Below are positions 43,462 to 56,472 of a stretch of 64,000 bases of DNA, one piece after another (position 1 is the first letter of the stretch; each line of letters begins with the position of its first letter). The notes below the pieces were generated by a model, which did no database searches, was not told where the DNA came from, and saw only the letters and a program-made list of their open reading frames with translations. This stretch comes from a virus (Duplodnaviria > Heunggongvirae > Uroviricota > Caudoviricetes). The DNA lies in IMG/VR virus record IMGVR_UViG_2671180984_000014. One strand, written 5' to 3'. Both the position numbers and the translations under genes were made by a program.

Positions 43462-43710
43462 TCAATCCGCATTCAGGAGCAATGCGTTATCTATGATGAT
43501 CTGTTCCCATTCTTCGAATGCCCGGTCGCGGACGCCCTGGGGAACGCTGTTAGTTTTGAAATCGACGACCGTCCGCCATTTCCCGTCCGGACGGTACATG
43601 CGCAGAGCTTTACTTCCCCCTTCCCTGCGCACCTCAACGTTATGCTTGTCAGCAAACTCTTGTAATGCTCGTAGCGTCCCATGCTTTACTGTGTAGTATC
43701 GCTTTTTCAA
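43462..43710 (-). CDS. lxc: Lxc/Bof C1 co-repressor
   Basis: 82-aa basic ORF at conserved position upstream of darB operon end. Confidence 0.65.
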   Translation of the reverse strand: MKKRYYTVKHGTLRALQEFADKHNVEVRREGGSKALRMYRPDGKWRTVVDFKTNSVPQGVRDRAFEEWEQIIIDNALLLNAD

Positions 43711-44147
43711 GTTTTCTCTCCAGCCTGTGCCAAGGCTTCAACTTCCAAATCGTAAGACTCAAACTCATAGTCCTGGTCGTCAACTTCTTCAGGCACTGGC
43801 AGTAAATGCCAGGCTGAGTATATCTGACCATTATCAAAACGCTCCTGGCTGTAGAGCGTCGCGGCTATGAGTGTTAGCGCCGGGCGGTCATAACGGTAAA
43901 TTTTGCGAACGTCACGGTCAACGAGACGACCGAAATTACCATAACCGCGCTCCAGTAATAATTTTTTAATTTCCGGCCAGTATGGGCCATAGCTGCGGTA
44001 CAGGCGGGGATTTTTCAGTAATCGCCCACGTAGCCCTGACAGGAAGAAATCAACGTATTCGTCTTCTGTCTTTCCTAACAACGCCGTACGCAGTACCGCC
44101 TCAAGATATGTTTTATTCGGTTTTATTGTATCAGATAGTGTGGCCAT
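43707..44147 (-). CDS. hypothetical protein upstream of lxc (ulx position)
   Basis: 146-aa ORF overlapping lxc start. Confidence 0.4.
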   Translation of the reverse strand: MATLSDTIKPNKTYLEAVLRTALLGKTEDEYVDFFLSGLRGRLLKNPRLYRSYGPYWPEIKKLLLERGYGNFGRLVDRDVRKIYRYDRPALTLIAATLYSQERFDNGQIYSAWHLLPVPEEVDDQDYEFESYDLEVEALAQAGEKT

Positions 44148-44180
44148 ATTATGCGACGCCCGGCGAACCGGGCGCTCCTG

Positions 44181-47100
44181 TTATGCGTATTGTTGGATGA
44201 CGGCCAGAACGTCCGCCACGTTGTGTTTTGTCTCGATAATCCACCAGTTACCCGGGAAATCGCTGTTCTTCGCCTTCGCTGGCAGCCAGCGAGCGCCGAA
44301 TTTCGCCTTGATTGCGTCTTTCGCACGGAAAAGAACGCCTTTCATGCCTGAGGCTTCCTGAAGCCCAAATACCTCGCCAGCGGCGAATTTTGGTGCGTAC
44401 ATCATCTTCAGGTCGGCGGTGGATACGCGATAATTCAGACCAAGAGACTGAGCTATGCTGGTGGCATCACCCTGTATTGATGATAACTCTTCTTGTTTCT
44501 CGTTTCTGGCGGCAATTTCTTCCTCCGTGATGTTGCCAAGGGCCAGGTTTATCCGATCAGCGTCGGCCTGTTTCTCTTCATCGGTGCGCCCGGCAAGAAC
44601 CGTGTTAATTCTCTGCAATATCTCCACATGATTCTTGCGCATGCTGAGCAATTCCGGCGTAACCTCGTTAAGATCCACCAGCCCAAGGATGGCAAGGTCG
44701 GAAAACATTGATACCAGGTTGTAGGTCATGCGATAGCTGAGTTGACCATAGGCTGATGGCAACTTCACCGCATCCATTTGATAGGCATCCATAAATTTAG
44801 AGCCGTCGTTTACGACATCCGCAATTGCAGGTGTGATTTTCCCTGTGGTGGCGGCCTCCCTGATTGCTGTTACCCACGATTGAGTCAGTGCGGCGACTGC
44901 ATGATTCAGATTGGCTTCCCGTTCTGCTGCGATACGCGCGCTTGCTGCGTCCATTGCCTGCTTGATCTCGGCTTTATTGCTGTAAATGCCAATGGTGCCA
45001 AACTGTGCTGTGGTGATCTCATAATCTGACGCCCGGAACTCATGGGTACCGAAAATGGCATTGGTGACCTCAAGTTCAGAATCCCCGTTACGAGTAGCCC
45101 CCTGGCTTGTTTTCTCCGGCATTCTGGCGATCGCATCCGCTATTTTCTCCTGAATTGCTTCAGGGGATAGCGTATCTCCATATGACGCGATTACATCGCC
45201 ATAATTGGAGCCAAACAGTTCAGTCAGGAATACTTCTGCCAAACGGACCTGGCGGTTATTCCCTTCAGACATCATACCAAGCACCCATTTTGCAATTGAC
45301 GACTTCAGCGCGCCGTCACGGCGATCCGGGTAAACCGCATGCTTCAGTGGGTCCGTATAGGTACCAACAAAATCAATGCTATAGCCTGACTCTGTAGTCT
45401 GAACGCCGTATGAGTCAGTGATTTTGATCATGCCGCGCTGCTGGAAACGGTAGAAATCGTCACAGGAAATGATGTCGTTAATCCCGGCGATGGAGACGCC
45501 ACCACTGATTTTCTGCATAACAGCATCTTCATCGGGAGTTACATCAACCTGTTTATCCAGCGTCTTCACATCCCAGTTACCCGATTTGGTACCTTTGAAG
45601 GTAAAGATAATCTCCACGTCTGCGCGCTGGCTGTCGAAGTCCAGCGACTTAATGCGAACGATATCACCGGCACAATCGTAGTATTGGCCTACACGCCATG
45701 AGCGATCGCCGATAATAAGGAACTCACTCGCATGGTTAACCAGGTCAGGATCAACATCCAGAATGCCTTTATTTATTGCATCCTCCACCAGCGGGCGAAG
45801 GCGTTTGATATCCGTCGCGGCCTTCTGAGTACGGTTCAATAATTTCTCATAGCGGGAGATGGCTTGAGAGATATTAGCCTTGCGCTGAATGGCGCTTTTC
45901 AACGACGCGCGATACTGTGCTAACAACGTACGGTCTGTGTGATGGACGCTACCCCAGCGGGCTTTCCAGTCTGCGTTATCAGCTGCTTTGGCCATTACCG
46001 CCTGTTTGAATTTGGCGACGTCGGCGGTGGTCTTTTCGAGTTCCGCTTTTCTTCGCTCTAATTCAGCGGTAAGCACCTCCACATCCTCACCAGCTGCGTG
46101 CTGCGCCTTGATGTAGTTCTGAAGGTCGATAGTAGCCTGTTCTTTCTGGCGAGCGCGTTGCGCGGCTTTCGCCTTATCCATTTGAACCTGCATCATTGCC
46201 AGACGTTCGCCATCATCCTTAGCGGTATACATCTGCATTTCGATCATATCGTTGGCGTCGGCGTTCTCCATTTCTGACTTATCTGAACGGAGGATATCGG
46301 AGATCCAGCCTGCTTTACGCTTCAGCGTCTTCAGTCGGTATTCATCGAAAGAACCCTTGCCGCAGTAGTAGTGAACGCGAACGCTTGCACGGTTGGAACC
46401 AACTCGGGCACCGCGACCGTTACGCTGTGCGATACTGGCTGGTGTCCATGGCAACGTCAGATGATGGATGTCAGTCGTTCCTCGATGCAGGTTGATACCC
46501 ACCTCTGCCTTTTTGTTGCAGATGATGATCGGAGTCCGGCCCTCCTGGAAGTCGGCAGCAATCTTTTCCAGCCCGCCCAGCGACATTTCATTTTGCTGCG
46601 CGATATAGGCGTCATACAGAGCCATTTGCTCGTTGTATTTCGCTATCTGTGCATCTGTTGGTTCATCCGGTAGCTCTTTCGGCGGTTTAACCGCTTTCAG
46701 TTTCTTACCGGTTTTACCTGCCTCGGCAACCGTCTGAGCATTCAGTATCCCCACCTTTGAAGGTTCAAGGTTAAGAGCATTGCAGATAATGCGCTTGAGC
46801 TTCTGGTGCTGCGTTTTTTCATCGGTGAAGATGATTTGCTTACCTTCCGGGAAAAACTCCTTCAGCGTGGCAATCAGCTTCGCGTATTTGGGCGTAACGG
46901 GGTGAGTTACGGTCTGTTCGTCAATGCCAAACCTGGCCAGGCGCTTATTCACTTCCTGCTCGAACGCTTCCGGAACCTGCAACTGAATAAACTCGCCCTT
47001 ATCTATCAGGGAGTATTGCGATTGCTGCGTGATTGAATCATCACTGTCGTCGTCTTCGCTGGTGGCTTGTTTAGGCAAACTGTCCGCCAGCTGCTGCACC

Positions 47101-50100
47101 GCATCTGCGTACTCCGGCAGGAAACGATAGGTGATCCGGCGATAGTACAGGTCCATGTCAGTACATACGCGGTCCATATCCCTGATTATTGAGAAGATCG
47201 GACGGGCTTTCTCGTGCTCAATCACGCCGTCTTCATTGACCGAGGTCGTTACGCCATTGTTGGCTTTGGCCGCCGCTTCCGCCTGCTGACGCAATTCTTC
47301 ATACGCCGCCAGTTGTTCTTCAGTAAGTGGTGCATCCTGCTGGTGTTCGTCCAGCTCCGGGATCTCCACGGTATCCTTAACGTCTTCCGCCGTTTTAAGC
47401 GTTACCCAGCGATGGAATATACCGCGCAGCGCATCAAGGTTTTCAAAGCCCACCAGCGCCATTTTTTCTTCAACTTCACCGCTGATTTTCTGTACCGTTT
47501 CCAGCCTGGTCTTGCCGAAGAATTTAACGAAGTCATCAGGACCGTAGATCCCCATCTTCTGCCAGTATTCCTTCGGCAGAACATGAGAAAGCATGTTGTA
47601 TGCATCGATCGGGGTGTTAACGACTGGCGTTGCAGTCAGGAGAACCGGCCCGCGCCCGCCATTCTTTTTCATCAGGTACGCGTTTTTGATTGCCATATCC
47701 CGCGCCGATTGCGCCACCGCGCTGGTGGGCAGATAGGCCAGTTGTGACGCTTCGCGACCATTTTTATAGCTATTGCGGTAGTTGTGACCTTCGTCGGCGA
47801 TCACACTATCGAAGCCCATATCCTCAAAGTACGGATACTTCTCTGCTTTTTCGGTACCGGTATCTGAATACTCCGACAATACCCAGCGACGCGCCGCCTC
47901 TTTACGATGGGAGTCGGAATCCATTGCGCTGGCTACGCGCCCGGCGGCAACGAAGTCATAAAGCATGTCTTGTGCATGCTCATCTACGGTGTCATCACGT
48001 AGCGGAATGCGGGCGTATTGTTCTTTGGTAAACACGACTGCACGGTAATTTGAGTGCGGGATCGCGTTCATCCGCGCCGTGATAGTGGCTTCATCTGCCA
48101 GCTTAAGAGCATCGCGCATAACTGGAGTGCCATCAGTACCAAGAACAGGTTTACCGTTCTCATCGAGCACCGGCACCTGGCGAATCTGATCGCCATCCAT
48201 CAGCACATCAAGACCGACGAACAGGTAGTTACTGAATGCCTCTTCACTCAGGAACTCTTTTGCTTCGTAATACCAGTTTTCCAGCACTGCTTTAGGCACT
48301 ACATAAGCAGTACGGGTGGAGCGACCGTTCTCATAGTTGAACGCCTCAAGCGCCAGCGCGGTCGTGGTTTTACCCAGCCCGGTGCCGAAGCCCAGGATGC
48401 CGCGCCCATCTTCGGACAGTCGGCGCACCTCGCTATTCTGGTAATCAAATGGCTGGCGCTTACCGCTTAATCCCTTCAACCCAAGCGGATCGCCAGAGTG
48501 TTCATACGGGATATTGCTATTGAACACATCGTTGTATTTGGCAACCAGCTCATCGTAGCGATCGTGCGTCTTGATCCACTTATTGAACTGGTCCTCAAGC
48601 AGTGCCATCTGCTCGCGGTAGCCGTTCGCCGTCGCGCTATCTTTGCCACCGATACGCGCACCATTGAGATACTTTTCCAGCTGTGCCGGGAACCCGGTCG
48701 CGTTTTCACCTGATTTACGGTCCCACTCGTAGCGGATCTCGCCTGTTTCTTTATCCTTGCGCTGGACGACACCGTATCGGTGCCCGACGAACAGACCATC
48801 ACCACCGTGATAGGTGTCAGAAACCATTTCGTCGCCTTCCAGCTGCACTGACTGCACATAGCGCAGATCCGGATAGCCGTTTTCCTGCAAAAACTCCAGA
48901 ATGACGGAGCGGTCGAACCAACGGCTATTGAGCTTAAAGCGGATATTCTCTGCTGGCGTCTTGATGCGCTTCTCTTCGATCGCTGCCAGCTGATTAAGGA
49001 CGTTGTTCTTTACTGGACCGTCGGGGAGCGTGGCGAGGAATTCCTGTTTTGGAGCCACTATCTCGTTAATGTCGCCGCTGGTGGCGCGGGCGAACGGAAC
49101 AATCCCGCCATACGGTGAAACCGCAATGCCAGGGGTGCTGGCCAATAAATTAAGCAACTCATCATCACTGGCTGGCAGTTCGCCGGTAAACGCAAGGCGG
49201 AAATCATCGAGCTGGATTGGATCGCGAGTGAGATCACTGTAGAGATAACGCAGGGTGTCCTGATAGCTGGTGGAGTCATAACTGGCGCTGGAATCATGCG
49301 TAACCAGTTTTCCTGTCAGCTCGTCAGAAATAGTGCCATCCAGCTTAATTGCACCACGGAAAGCAAACCAGGCGCGCGCACCGCTCCCCGATAATTTCGC
49401 TATCGGACCGCGACCGGGGTTACCAAAACGGTCAATCTCTGCCTGCAAACGGGATACCAGAGAAAGGCGCTGCTGTTCGATTTGTTCAGCACTATGCCCG
49501 GCGGCCTTCATGTCCTGATATTCAATTAACATCCGGCCAATCATCGCCCCGCGATACAAGCGTTCACGGTATTTTTCAGGCTGGCTGTTAATCCAGTCCA
49601 CCAGCTGCACCATATCGTCGCTGATTGATGTGGTGTACTTATCGCGGACATTTGCCATCTGGGTAAATGTCATGCCGAGACGGCCTTCTGTTGTAGTCAG
49701 GTTACGCTGAAGAGCCTCCCAGCTATCCGCGCCATAACTGGCAGCATCGATCTTAAGTTCCTTCCCGGCATCAGCTTCAATCCAGCGACCACCAGCATAT
49801 TTTTGCCATACGCCATTAATCAGGCGCATTTCCCCTTCACCAACAACGTCTGCGGTCGGTGACGGTTCAGCCATATCGAGCAAAGACCAGTCGATACGGC
49901 TTTCGAAACGATGAATCAGCTTCGCTTTAAGAGCCTGGTTATCAATCTGACCGTCGGCACGAACCTCAATACGCCCCCGGAAGCCCTTTTCTTGGGTGCC
50001 ATGAACAAACCGGCGGCCATCCTTTTCAAACCACTTGCCAGAAATAAACGTTGGCCAAAGCACATTTGCTGATTCAAGAGTGCTTTCATCCACCAGGGGG

Positions 50101-50948
50101 ATTTTCTCAGCCATCTCTGCCGGATGTTTGCGCATCAGCACCACATCTACGACCGTACTGGTCCCGTTTGCGTCAAAAGTACCGGTAGGCAAGCGGTGGG
50201 CACCAAGAAATTCTGCTTTCCGTGATAGGCGCAGGCGTAACCGCTTCATGTTTGAACCTGAAACAATGGACGGCGGCACAATCACGCACATGAATCCGCC
50301 TGGCTTTATCTTGTCCAGCATGCGGAGCATGAAGTAAGAACCCATGTCCGTTTCTTCTGCGTAAGGCTTATCGATGTTGCGTGTGTTATCACGACCGCCG
50401 AACGGAACGTTACCCACAACATGGTCGAATGAATCGTTAGGTGTGCTTATAGCCAGCTGTTCGAACGGGGAAATCTGTACGCTGTCTTCCGGGTGTAACA
50501 ACTGGTTTATACGACCGGAAACACTGCTGATCTCAGTCGCAGTCATCACCGTACCAACCGGTTTTGTCTCATTAAAAACGCCGGTGCCCGCCGATGGTTC
50601 CAGAGTGTTACCTACGTCCGCGCCGTAGAGCTTCATGATCTCCCAGACACCTTCAGCGATCGGCTTTGGTGTGTAATATTCGGAGACGGACCCGCCAATG
50701 CCGCCTTCACCGGTGTACCCAGCCAGGATCTGGCGCTGTTCATCTGTCAGTGTCGCGCCGTCCACCAGTGAATTAAGCAAATCTATCGCCTTCTGATTCG
50801 CCTCCCGGCGCAGTCGGTCATAGCTTTTGCCTTCCACCTTTTCCACGCCGTATTTAATCGGCGCTCGGTGAGATGTTATTGCCCTAATGTATTTCAATAT
50901 TTCGCTGACACTTGAACAGCGAAACACCCCCATAGATAGCTTGTTCAT
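44181..50948 (-). CDS. darB: DarB antirestriction protein (methyltransferase-helicase)
   Basis: 2255-aa ORF; N-terminal N6-MTase-like NVPFGG motif, helicase motifs GTGLGKTTTA and VIADEGHNYRN; size equals P1 DarB. Confidence 0.9.
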   Translation of the reverse strand: MNKLSMGVFRCSSVSEILKYIRAITSHRAPIKYGVEKVEGKSYDRLRREANQKAIDLLNSLVDGATLTDEQRQILAGYTGEGGIGGSVSEYYTPKPIAEGVWEIMKLYGADVGNTLEPSAGTGVFNETKPVGTVMTATEISSVSGRINQLLHPEDSVQISPFEQLAISTPNDSFDHVVGNVPFGGRDNTRNIDKPYAEETDMGSYFMLRMLDKIKPGGFMCVIVPPSIVSGSNMKRLRLRLSRKAEFLGAHRLPTGTFDANGTSTVVDVVLMRKHPAEMAEKIPLVDESTLESANVLWPTFISGKWFEKDGRRFVHGTQEKGFRGRIEVRADGQIDNQALKAKLIHRFESRIDWSLLDMAEPSPTADVVGEGEMRLINGVWQKYAGGRWIEADAGKELKIDAASYGADSWEALQRNLTTTEGRLGMTFTQMANVRDKYTTSISDDMVQLVDWINSQPEKYRERLYRGAMIGRMLIEYQDMKAAGHSAEQIEQQRLSLVSRLQAEIDRFGNPGRGPIAKLSGSGARAWFAFRGAIKLDGTISDELTGKLVTHDSSASYDSTSYQDTLRYLYSDLTRDPIQLDDFRLAFTGELPASDDELLNLLASTPGIAVSPYGGIVPFARATSGDINEIVAPKQEFLATLPDGPVKNNVLNQLAAIEEKRIKTPAENIRFKLNSRWFDRSVILEFLQENGYPDLRYVQSVQLEGDEMVSDTYHGGDGLFVGHRYGVVQRKDKETGEIRYEWDRKSGENATGFPAQLEKYLNGARIGGKDSATANGYREQMALLEDQFNKWIKTHDRYDELVAKYNDVFNSNIPYEHSGDPLGLKGLSGKRQPFDYQNSEVRRLSEDGRGILGFGTGLGKTTTALALEAFNYENGRSTRTAYVVPKAVLENWYYEAKEFLSEEAFSNYLFVGLDVLMDGDQIRQVPVLDENGKPVLGTDGTPVMRDALKLADEATITARMNAIPHSNYRAVVFTKEQYARIPLRDDTVDEHAQDMLYDFVAAGRVASAMDSDSHRKEAARRWVLSEYSDTGTEKAEKYPYFEDMGFDSVIADEGHNYRNSYKNGREASQLAYLPTSAVAQSARDMAIKNAYLMKKNGGRGPVLLTATPVVNTPIDAYNMLSHVLPKEYWQKMGIYGPDDFVKFFGKTRLETVQKISGEVEEKMALVGFENLDALRGIFHRWVTLKTAEDVKDTVEIPELDEHQQDAPLTEEQLAAYEELRQQAEAAAKANNGVTTSVNEDGVIEHEKARPIFSIIRDMDRVCTDMDLYYRRITYRFLPEYADAVQQLADSLPKQATSEDDDSDDSITQQSQYSLIDKGEFIQLQVPEAFEQEVNKRLARFGIDEQTVTHPVTPKYAKLIATLKEFFPEGKQIIFTDEKTQHQKLKRIICNALNLEPSKVGILNAQTVAEAGKTGKKLKAVKPPKELPDEPTDAQIAKYNEQMALYDAYIAQQNEMSLGGLEKIAADFQEGRTPIIICNKKAEVGINLHRGTTDIHHLTLPWTPASIAQRNGRGARVGSNRASVRVHYYCGKGSFDEYRLKTLKRKAGWISDILRSDKSEMENADANDMIEMQMYTAKDDGERLAMMQVQMDKAKAAQRARQKEQATIDLQNYIKAQHAAGEDVEVLTAELERRKAELEKTTADVAKFKQAVMAKAADNADWKARWGSVHHTDRTLLAQYRASLKSAIQRKANISQAISRYEKLLNRTQKAATDIKRLRPLVEDAINKGILDVDPDLVNHASEFLIIGDRSWRVGQYYDCAGDIVRIKSLDFDSQRADVEIIFTFKGTKSGNWDVKTLDKQVDVTPDEDAVMQKISGGVSIAGINDIISCDDFYRFQQRGMIKITDSYGVQTTESGYSIDFVGTYTDPLKHAVYPDRRDGALKSSIAKWVLGMMSEGNNRQVRLAEVFLTELFGSNYGDVIASYGDTLSPEAIQEKIADAIARMPEKTSQGATRNGDSELEVTNAIFGTHEFRASDYEITTAQFGTIGIYSNKAEIKQAMDAASARIAAEREANLNHAVAALTQSWVTAIREAATTGKITPAIADVVNDGSKFMDAYQMDAVKLPSAYGQLSYRMTYNLVSMFSDLAILGLVDLNEVTPELLSMRKNHVEILQRINTVLAGRTDEEKQADADRINLALGNITEEEIAARNEKQEELSSIQGDATSIAQSLGLNYRVSTADLKMMYAPKFAAGEVFGLQEASGMKGVLFRAKDAIKAKFGARWLPAKAKNSDFPGNWWIIETKHNVADVLAVIQQYA

Positions 50949-51014
50949 TGGTAATCCTTAACAAGTGACTAGTGTTAAATTCCGTTCAAACACGATGCGA
51001 ATTATTCTAATTAA

Positions 51015-53745
<2,731 letters not shown>

Positions 53746-53756
53746 CCACCAAAAAT

Positions 53757-53815
53757 AACCCCGGCGGCTGCCGGGGTATCTGAAATCACTGGCGGCCGAA
53801 AGGCCGCCTTTTTAA
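53757..53815. terminator. bidirectional terminator region (two hairpins)
   Basis: CCCCGGCGGCTGCCGGGG and GGCGGCCGAAAGGCCGCC-TTTTTAA between convergent pro and ant. Confidence 0.6.
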
Positions 53816-53820
53816 TTTAA

Positions 53821-54939
53821 TCACTCAGCCGCTACTGGTTTTAACAAACCAGCATCAAGTAGCTTGCGAGTTAACCACTGCTGGCCTTTACCCGTTAATT
53901 GGGGCGTCAGCCGTATCTGGTAACCATCTTCATCATCCAGCACCACTTCTTTCACCGTGAAATACCCGGCGTTGATGTATTGCTGGAACGGCACATTTTT
54001 ACGTCCACCGGACGCTATCAGGATGCCGTTCTCCCGTAACCAGGCAAACAACGCGTTTTGCTTAAGCCCAACAACCTTTGCAAAATTTCCAATCAGGATC
54101 CCCTTGGCCACTGATACCCGGTCGGCAAAATCGACCTTAGGAGCGGCGGCCACCAGCTGCTGATTTAGCTGGTGGGCTTTCTGTTCCAGAAGTTGCTTTT
54201 GTTCAGCCAGTTCGGCAGCCAGGCGCAGAGCTTCTGGAAGCGTCTGGGGGATTGCAACCGGTTGCTGTTCTTTTTGCCGGAAGTAGCTGTCTTCCAGTTT
54301 TTCAAAGAATGCCCATGCCTGATCGGTTTCGAGCATTTTAGCGTGGCGGGCTGCGCCGCGTTCTGTCCAGAGGGTGAGTGAGCGAACATTGCGAGCAATT
54401 TTTACAGAGTAGTTTAAAGCTACTCTGTGCTTCAACTCGCGCAATGATTCTCCTTCAACTTTGAAAAAGTGCTTCCCTTCAACAAAGCGTACTTTGTTCT
54501 CATGATGATTTTGGCGAATACGGATTGTTTCTGTCCCATACCCTCTCGCAAGAGTCTCGGTTGTCACTACACGCACTCCCTGCCATTCCAGAACGGGAAT
54601 TTCATCAGACTGATTCTGAACAACCACCAGCTCCGATTCCTGAACTGAAGGTGCATGAATTTTTTCTAATTTAACGTTATTTGCTTTCATTCTGTGTGCC
54701 TCCTTGCGTGCTTCGGCTGCGACGGTTGCGTAATTCAGATGACCCTGTTCGAGCAGGTATTCGCGGATATCAGACAACAGGATACGGTGAACCGCGTTCT
54801 TGTCCTTTCTCCGGTAAAGTTGTTTGGTGATCATGAAGTAGTTGGCAATAACGCCAGGTATATCCCTGGTGCTGATACAGATTGTGTGCTGTTCAATTGC
54901 CTCGATCATCTCTTCACGGGTGACTAATGACGTTCTCAT
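53821..54939 (-). CDS. ant: antirepressor Ant (immI), intact copy
   Basis: 372 aa; N-terminal ORF6N/Bro-like and C-terminal KilA-C/antirepressor-like segment (KVDFADRVSVAKGILIGNFAKVVGLKQN); preceded by icd and C1 operators. Confidence 0.75.
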   Translation of the reverse strand: MRTSLVTREEMIEAIEQHTICISTRDIPGVIANYFMITKQLYRRKDKNAVHRILLSDIREYLLEQGHLNYATVAAEARKEAHRMKANNVKLEKIHAPSVQESELVVVQNQSDEIPVLEWQGVRVVTTETLARGYGTETIRIRQNHHENKVRFVEGKHFFKVEGESLRELKHRVALNYSVKIARNVRSLTLWTERGAARHAKMLETDQAWAFFEKLEDSYFRQKEQQPVAIPQTLPEALRLAAELAEQKQLLEQKAHQLNQQLVAAAPKVDFADRVSVAKGILIGNFAKVVGLKQNALFAWLRENGILIASGGRKNVPFQQYINAGYFTVKEVVLDDEDGYQIRLTPQLTGKGQQWLTRKLLDAGLLKPVAAE

Positions 54940-55142
54940 AGTCCCTCCTGAGCAGAAGCGTTAACAGGGAGGCACCAGTAACTGAGAGAATTGCGTGAAT
55001 CAGTGGAAAAACGGGCAGAGAAAATACATGGGGCGTCAGGAAGCTGAGAGCGGGCCTCATCTTCTGTTGGTGCAATAACGAAGTGATAGTGGCGTTTCTG
55101 GCAGGAGTAAAAGCGCCAGATAAATTCAGGGCGTGCGCAAGG
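53821..55142 (-). repeat. inverted-repeat copy B of icd-ant module (partner 35263-36575)
   Basis: reverse complement near-identical to 35263-36575. Confidence 0.8.
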
Positions 55143-55157
55143 ATTGGCATTAACCAT
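54936..55157 (-). CDS. icd: Icd-like small protein, translationally coupled to ant
   Basis: 73-aa ORF whose stop overlaps ant start; lies between C1 operator pair and ant as in P1 immI. Confidence 0.5.
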   Translation of the reverse strand: MVNANPCARPEFIWRFYSCQKRHYHFVIAPTEDEARSQLPDAPCIFSARFSTDSRNSLSYWCLPVNASAQEGL

Positions 55158-55458
55158 AGTTACGGCCTCACAATCAGGTTTAACAACCTGCTACCCGCTG
55201 TCAAACAGGTGGCAGGACGTGACAGGGTTGACAGACTGGCGATTGTGAAACCAGCAGGCCGAAGCCTCCCCATCACGCCCCACCATAATTTGGGCGTAAC
55301 GCGGTTTAACGGACACAAAAATACCGCAATATCGGAAATCTGCGGTTGTCCGCACAATCATTCAGGCTGTCAAACCTGGTCGCAGAATTTGCTACGACGG
55401 CGGAACTATAAGCCTGAACGACGATGAGATCAATAGAGCCGTGTTCGATGGTAGGTTA

Positions 55459-55491
55459 TTTGCTCTAATAAATCAAATTTATTAGAGCAAT
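55459..55491. promoter_or_regulatory. inverted pair of C1 operators (immI operator)
   Basis: TTTGCTCTAATAAATCA (55459-55475) and perfect reverse-strand ATTGCTCTAATAAATTT (55475-55491). Confidence 0.65.
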
Positions 55492-55501
55492 AATGGTTAA
55501 A

Positions 55502-55753
55502 TCATCTTCGCCTGCGTGCCATATATTTGCGCACCGCGCGGCGTGGACAATCTGAAGCGGTTTCTTTCTGCTGCATCAATCTCGCAGCCATGCTCAAAAA
55601 AGTCAGGCACAGCCGAAGCCCGGCATACAATAGCGGTTCCAGTGGCCACGTCTCATTGAGCACATATACCGCCATGAAAATCGAGTCGAAAACTATCGCC
55701 GCCAGCGATAACTTCATTGTCGAAAGTCGGCGGAGCTGCCGGAGTTTATTCAT
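55502..55753 (-). CDS. small membrane protein downstream of lyz
   Basis: 83-aa ORF overlapping lyz stop; hydrophobic segments and Arg-rich tail. Confidence 0.3.
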   Translation of the reverse strand: MNKLRQLRRLSTMKLSLAAIVFDSIFMAVYVLNETWPLEPLLYAGLRLCLTFLSMAARLMQQKETASDCPRRAVRKYMARRRR

Positions 55754-56303
55754 TAACCAGTCCCGTCAGGCAAAGCTGGCGTTCTTTTTCACGGCGAATC
55801 TTTAAACCTCGCAGGGGCACGCCGTTACTGTTCACGAAATCAGGGAGATGGTTACACATATTCACCCATTCCCCTTTCTGCGCCCACTTGTGGATGGACG
55901 TTTCTACTCGCATGCCTCGCGCTTTGCTGTAGTAGGTCCGTAAGCTATTGCATCCCATATTGAATGCCGCGCTTGTCATTGCACTGAAGGCATTATCGGG
56001 CATGTCTTTGCCCCGGAAGTGCTGATTAATACAGCGTTCAGCGATCAGGATATTCTTTTCCCAATCAGCGGCGATTTGCTGGTCGGTTTTTCGCACGCCT
56101 GGCGTTACCCCGTGTGTATTACCAATCCCGTCAGTCCATACACCCGCCGGGCACATGTATGGATCACGTCGGCAACCTTCAGCGTTACCAATCAGCTCAA
56201 GCCCCGCCTGGTTGGTTCGCACATTGCCATTACCCATCACGATGGTAATCATCACCGCGATAGCGCAAATTGCACCGCCTCCTGCGGCTGTTTTTCCCTT
56301 CAT
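55746..56303 (-). CDS. lyz: SAR endolysin (T4-lysozyme family)
   Basis: 185 aa from MKGKTAAGGGAICAIAVMITIVMG (signal-anchor-release N-terminus); ELIGNAEGCRRDPYMCPAGVWTDGIGNTHG lysozyme core. Confidence 0.9.
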   Translation of the reverse strand: MKGKTAAGGGAICAIAVMITIVMGNGNVRTNQAGLELIGNAEGCRRDPYMCPAGVWTDGIGNTHGVTPGVRKTDQQIAADWEKNILIAERCINQHFRGKDMPDNAFSAMTSAAFNMGCNSLRTYYSKARGMRVETSIHKWAQKGEWVNMCNHLPDFVNSNGVPLRGLKIRREKERQLCLTGLVNE

Positions 56304-56436
56304 AAAGACCTCATAAGCGAATTTTTTACGCTCCAGGACAAACACCCATTCACAGCCAATACCGACTGACTCGATCCCTTTAGAAGGCACAGGATAATGC
56401 AAATCACTTGTTAGCTACGTTTCAAAGATATACATT

Positions 56437-56453
56437 ATTGCTCTAATTAATTT
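56437..56453 (+). promoter_or_regulatory. C1 operator upstream of ssb
   Basis: ATTGCTCTAATTAATTT, 1 mismatch. Confidence 0.6.
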
Positions 56454-56472
56454 ATTTTATTAGGTGAGATAA

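Noticed and set aside
44312-50628. Numerous 60-180-aa plus-strand ORFs inside the darB coding region
   Set aside because: Antisense to a 2255-aa gene with clear motifs; no RBS; typical shadow ORFs
55160-55357. 65-aa minus-strand ORF in the immI leader
   Set aside because: Lies where the c4 antisense RNA leader is expected, has no RBS; treated as non-coding
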